From NCBI RefSeq assembly GCF_963921235.1, contig NC_086106.1:25606001-25670000 (forward strand): 64,000 bases of DNA, given 5' to 3'. Of the stretch, positions 61,320 to 64,000 are shown one piece after another; positions within the stretch are counted from its first letter, which is position 1; each line of letters opens with the position of its first letter. The translations under genes were made by a program, and so were the position numbers. Source of the DNA: Mobula hypostoma (Eukaryota). Under the pieces are notes generated by a model that worked only from the letters and a program-made list of their open reading frames with translations, did no database searches and had not been told where the DNA came from.

Positions 61320-62010
61320 AGTCTACTCAGTGTCAGCAATACAAATGAATTGGTCACTGACTTCAGAAAGTGAAGGGCCGACCGGGCATTAACAATAACG
61401 TTTTCAGGTTCAGCACGTAAACCCCATGGCCAAGAAAGCTCAGAACGCCATTTAATCCTCTGTAGGCAAAGTGAAATTCACATCTCCCCATCGACCCGGA
61501 CTAACTTTTGATGGACCTTATAGAAAGCCCTATTTCCAGATGCATCATGGCTTGAATGGCAAATGTTCTGCCCGAGATTGCAAGAAATTGCACAGTTATA
61601 GACACAGCTGAACACATCGCTGATAGAACATGAAATCTGCCTGCACTCTTGCTGAATCAGTAAAACACCCATCATGATCAAAATCTAACCCAAGAAGGAC
61701 ATTCTCCCCTCCGATCTGGCAACGGTCTTCATGGTCGCCCTCTAAAATGCTATGATTAGTCAACTGCACAGTTTCCCTGAAAGAGAAATTGGACCCTTGA
61801 CATCAAAAACTAAATCAATATGACATTCCGCCATTTCGTCAACTTGAACCACACTTTCTCTGCAGCTGCTTAACTGTATTGCCAATTCTGTTGTTGACTC
61901 AGCTTTTACGCTGTCAATGCAGAATGCAATGACTTGATCCTTGTAGGCAATACTGCAAGGCATTATTTTGTCTGTACCCCGATCGAAATGTTACTATCTA
62001 ACCGTAGCCT
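61320..62010 (+). mobile_element. Rex1/Babar-like 3' remnant (duplicate of 34440-35130)
   Basis: Same fragment with the same flanks as at 34.4 kb. Confidence 0.6.
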
Positions 62011-62629
62011 AAACCAGTTTAATCAGTTTGTGTGAGTAAACGGAGTGAGGCATGAAATCAGGCCGGCATTATTTAGAGCATAAGATGTGGGGTCAGCGAG
62101 TAAACGTGGCTGTAGTGTTGTTCAGAGGTATGCTTTATTTGGTGTCGTGGTGAAGGTTGCACCTTGATATCGCCAGGGACCCTATTTCAGTCGAATACCG
62201 AAGTTGTCTGTATCTCCTGACGTGCCCACGTGTTCCGTTTGCTCCGGAGTCCCGAAGGTAGTCGCACTGTTTGATAGCTCGTCACAAGCAGAAGAGAGAT
62301 CTGGATGAAAACGCGGAAAAAATTGCTGATGGGAAAATAGACTGGATGATGTGGATAATGGAAACGTAAATGAGGATTGTTGAAAGAAATCGAGAAAAAT
62401 ATTGCAAAGGATGTTTTCAATCTGTGCAACCTTTCGGCAGTAAACCTGGCGTAATCTCCGCTCCCTCTCTCATCAGACAGAAGACACAGAAGCCTGAACT
62501 GAAAGAAATTTAAGCAGCCTAAAAAATACCTTCTATCGTGGTGGCATAACACTATAGAACGGCGCGATATGATGAAGTTTTGATATTCACTCCAGTCTCC
62601 TTTGCTATGACTTTATGCCTTATAGTCTC

Positions 62630-63180
62630 ACTGCACTACATACCTTTTAAAGTAAATTTTAAGCCTAATCCTTTGACTGCTTTATTTGGTAGTATTGGAG
62701 AAAAGTATATTATTTTGGAGCGATCTGATTTGCACATTTTGGGTTTTATGTCTCTTATGTCCAGAAGGACGCTTTTGCTGAAATTGAAAGATGTGGCCCA
62801 TCCGATTCATGCCCAAAGGTTACGAGATTTGATGTCATGTTTAAATTTAGAGAAGATTGGATGTTCAATTATTGAATCTAATCAATACTTTCAAAGGTTT
62901 TAGGGACCTTTTCTGAATTATTTTCAAAACTTTTGATTTGTTGTTAAAACACAGATGATGACGAACAATCTTTTTCTCTTTTTTTTCTACTAATGAGCTT
63001 CGGTCTTGGTAGTGGGTTAGATTTTTTTAATAAAGTAAAATTATTATCTTTCAATGTTACGAACTAATTGACATCGACAAAGTAGTTTTTATATGCGATT
63101 TTGCTTAATGTACTGACTTATGTATTTTTTCTGTACTCTGTAATCTTATATATAAATTAATAAACATATTGGAAAGGAAA
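62630..63180 (+). mobile_element. L1/Tx1-clade LINE 3' end
   Basis: KPNPLTALFG..RRTLLLKLKD..LRDLMSCLNLEKI C-terminus, then a T-rich 3' UTR and AATAAA. Confidence 0.75.
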
Positions 63181-63189
63181 ATGATCTTG

Positions 63190-64000
63190 GCGATCGGAGT
63201 GATGCCTTACAGCGGACTGAAAAGCTTGAGCATAGAGATATTAAGGAAGCCGATGTTGTGAAGCTTTTGGAAAGCATCAATTTGGATCAGTCACCAAGAC
63301 TGGACGAGATGTACGCCAGGCTACTATGAGAGATGAGCGAGGAGATTGCTGAGCCTCTGGCGATGACTTTTGTATCATCAATGGGGACAGGAGACGTTCC
63401 GAAGAATTGGGGGATGCGGATGTTGTTCCATTATTAAAGAAAGAGAGTAGAGATAGCCCAGGAAACGATAGACAAGTGAGTCTTACCTCAGTGGTCGGTA
63501 AGTTGATGGAGAAGATCCTGAGAGGCAGGATTTATGAACATTTCGAGGGGCATAATATGATTATGAATAGTCAGCATAGCTTTGTGAAAGGCAGGGCGCC
63601 CCTTACAAGCCTAACTGAATTTTTTGAAGATGTAACTAAACACATGGATGAAGTTAAAACAGTAGATGTAGTGTATATGGATTTCAGCAAGGCAATTGAC
63701 AAGGCACTCCATGCAAGACTTATTGAGAAAGTAAGGAGGCATGGGATCCAAGGGTACCTTGCTTTGTGGATCCAGAACTACCTTGGCCACAGACGGCGAA
63801 GAGTGGTTGTAGACGGGTCATATTCTGCATGGAGGTCGGTCACCAGTTTTGTGCCTCAGGGATATGTTCTGGGCCCCTGCTCTTCGTGATTTTTATAAAT
63901 AACCTGGATGAAGAATTGGAGGGATGGGTTAGTAAATTTGCTGATGACAAAACGGTCGGGAGTGTTGTGGATAGTGTGGAGTGGTGTCAAAAGTTACAGC
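63190..64000 (+). mobile_element. CR1 LINE RT fragment (runs off the window)
   Basis: VVPLLKK..VSLTSVVGKLMEKI..SQHSF..VDVVYMDFSKA..VPQG. Confidence 0.92.

Noticed and set aside
1-64000. NAR-TCR, TAILV or IgH V segments; D, J or C segments
   Set aside because: I noticed no VNAR-type short domain, no leaderless supporting V, no WVRQ/octamer-type IgH V, no FGXG J motif with 12-RSS and no C exon. Family 3 remains unassigned.

Overview
Vertebrate genomic DNA, not prokaryotic. The repeat content points to a cartilaginous fish, probably a batoid ray (inference). The window lies inside a T-cell receptor alpha/delta-type V-segment array. All V segments are on the minus strand, and I found no D, J or C segments. 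Four V genes look functional, each with a 46-bp leader exon, an 84-85-bp intron, a V exon and a 23-spacer RSS: 5251-5673, 12523-12954, 20070-20492 and 57227-57657. One V has an intact V exon but a frameshifted leader (25840-26261), and one has a frameshifted V exon (30706-31135). Three pseudogenes share the same stop codon and RSS deletion. There are also four pseudogenes of a second V family, five relics of a third, more divergent V-like family, and two heavily decayed V relics. These recur in a fixed order, which indicates tandem amplification of a multi-V cassette. Interspersed elements are RTE, CR1, L1 and Rex1/Babar LINE remnants, Penelope-like elements (one with an intact minimal hammerhead ribozyme), solo LTRs, a Tc1 transposon, (CT)n tracts and five N gaps. 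The most notable unexplained structure is a CTCF-consensus-like motif at a fixed distance (23-24 bp, or 12 bp in family 2) just 3' of nearly every RSS. It always has the same orientation, is intact beside functional V genes and is eroded beside several pseudogenes. All alignments were done by eye; no databases were searched.
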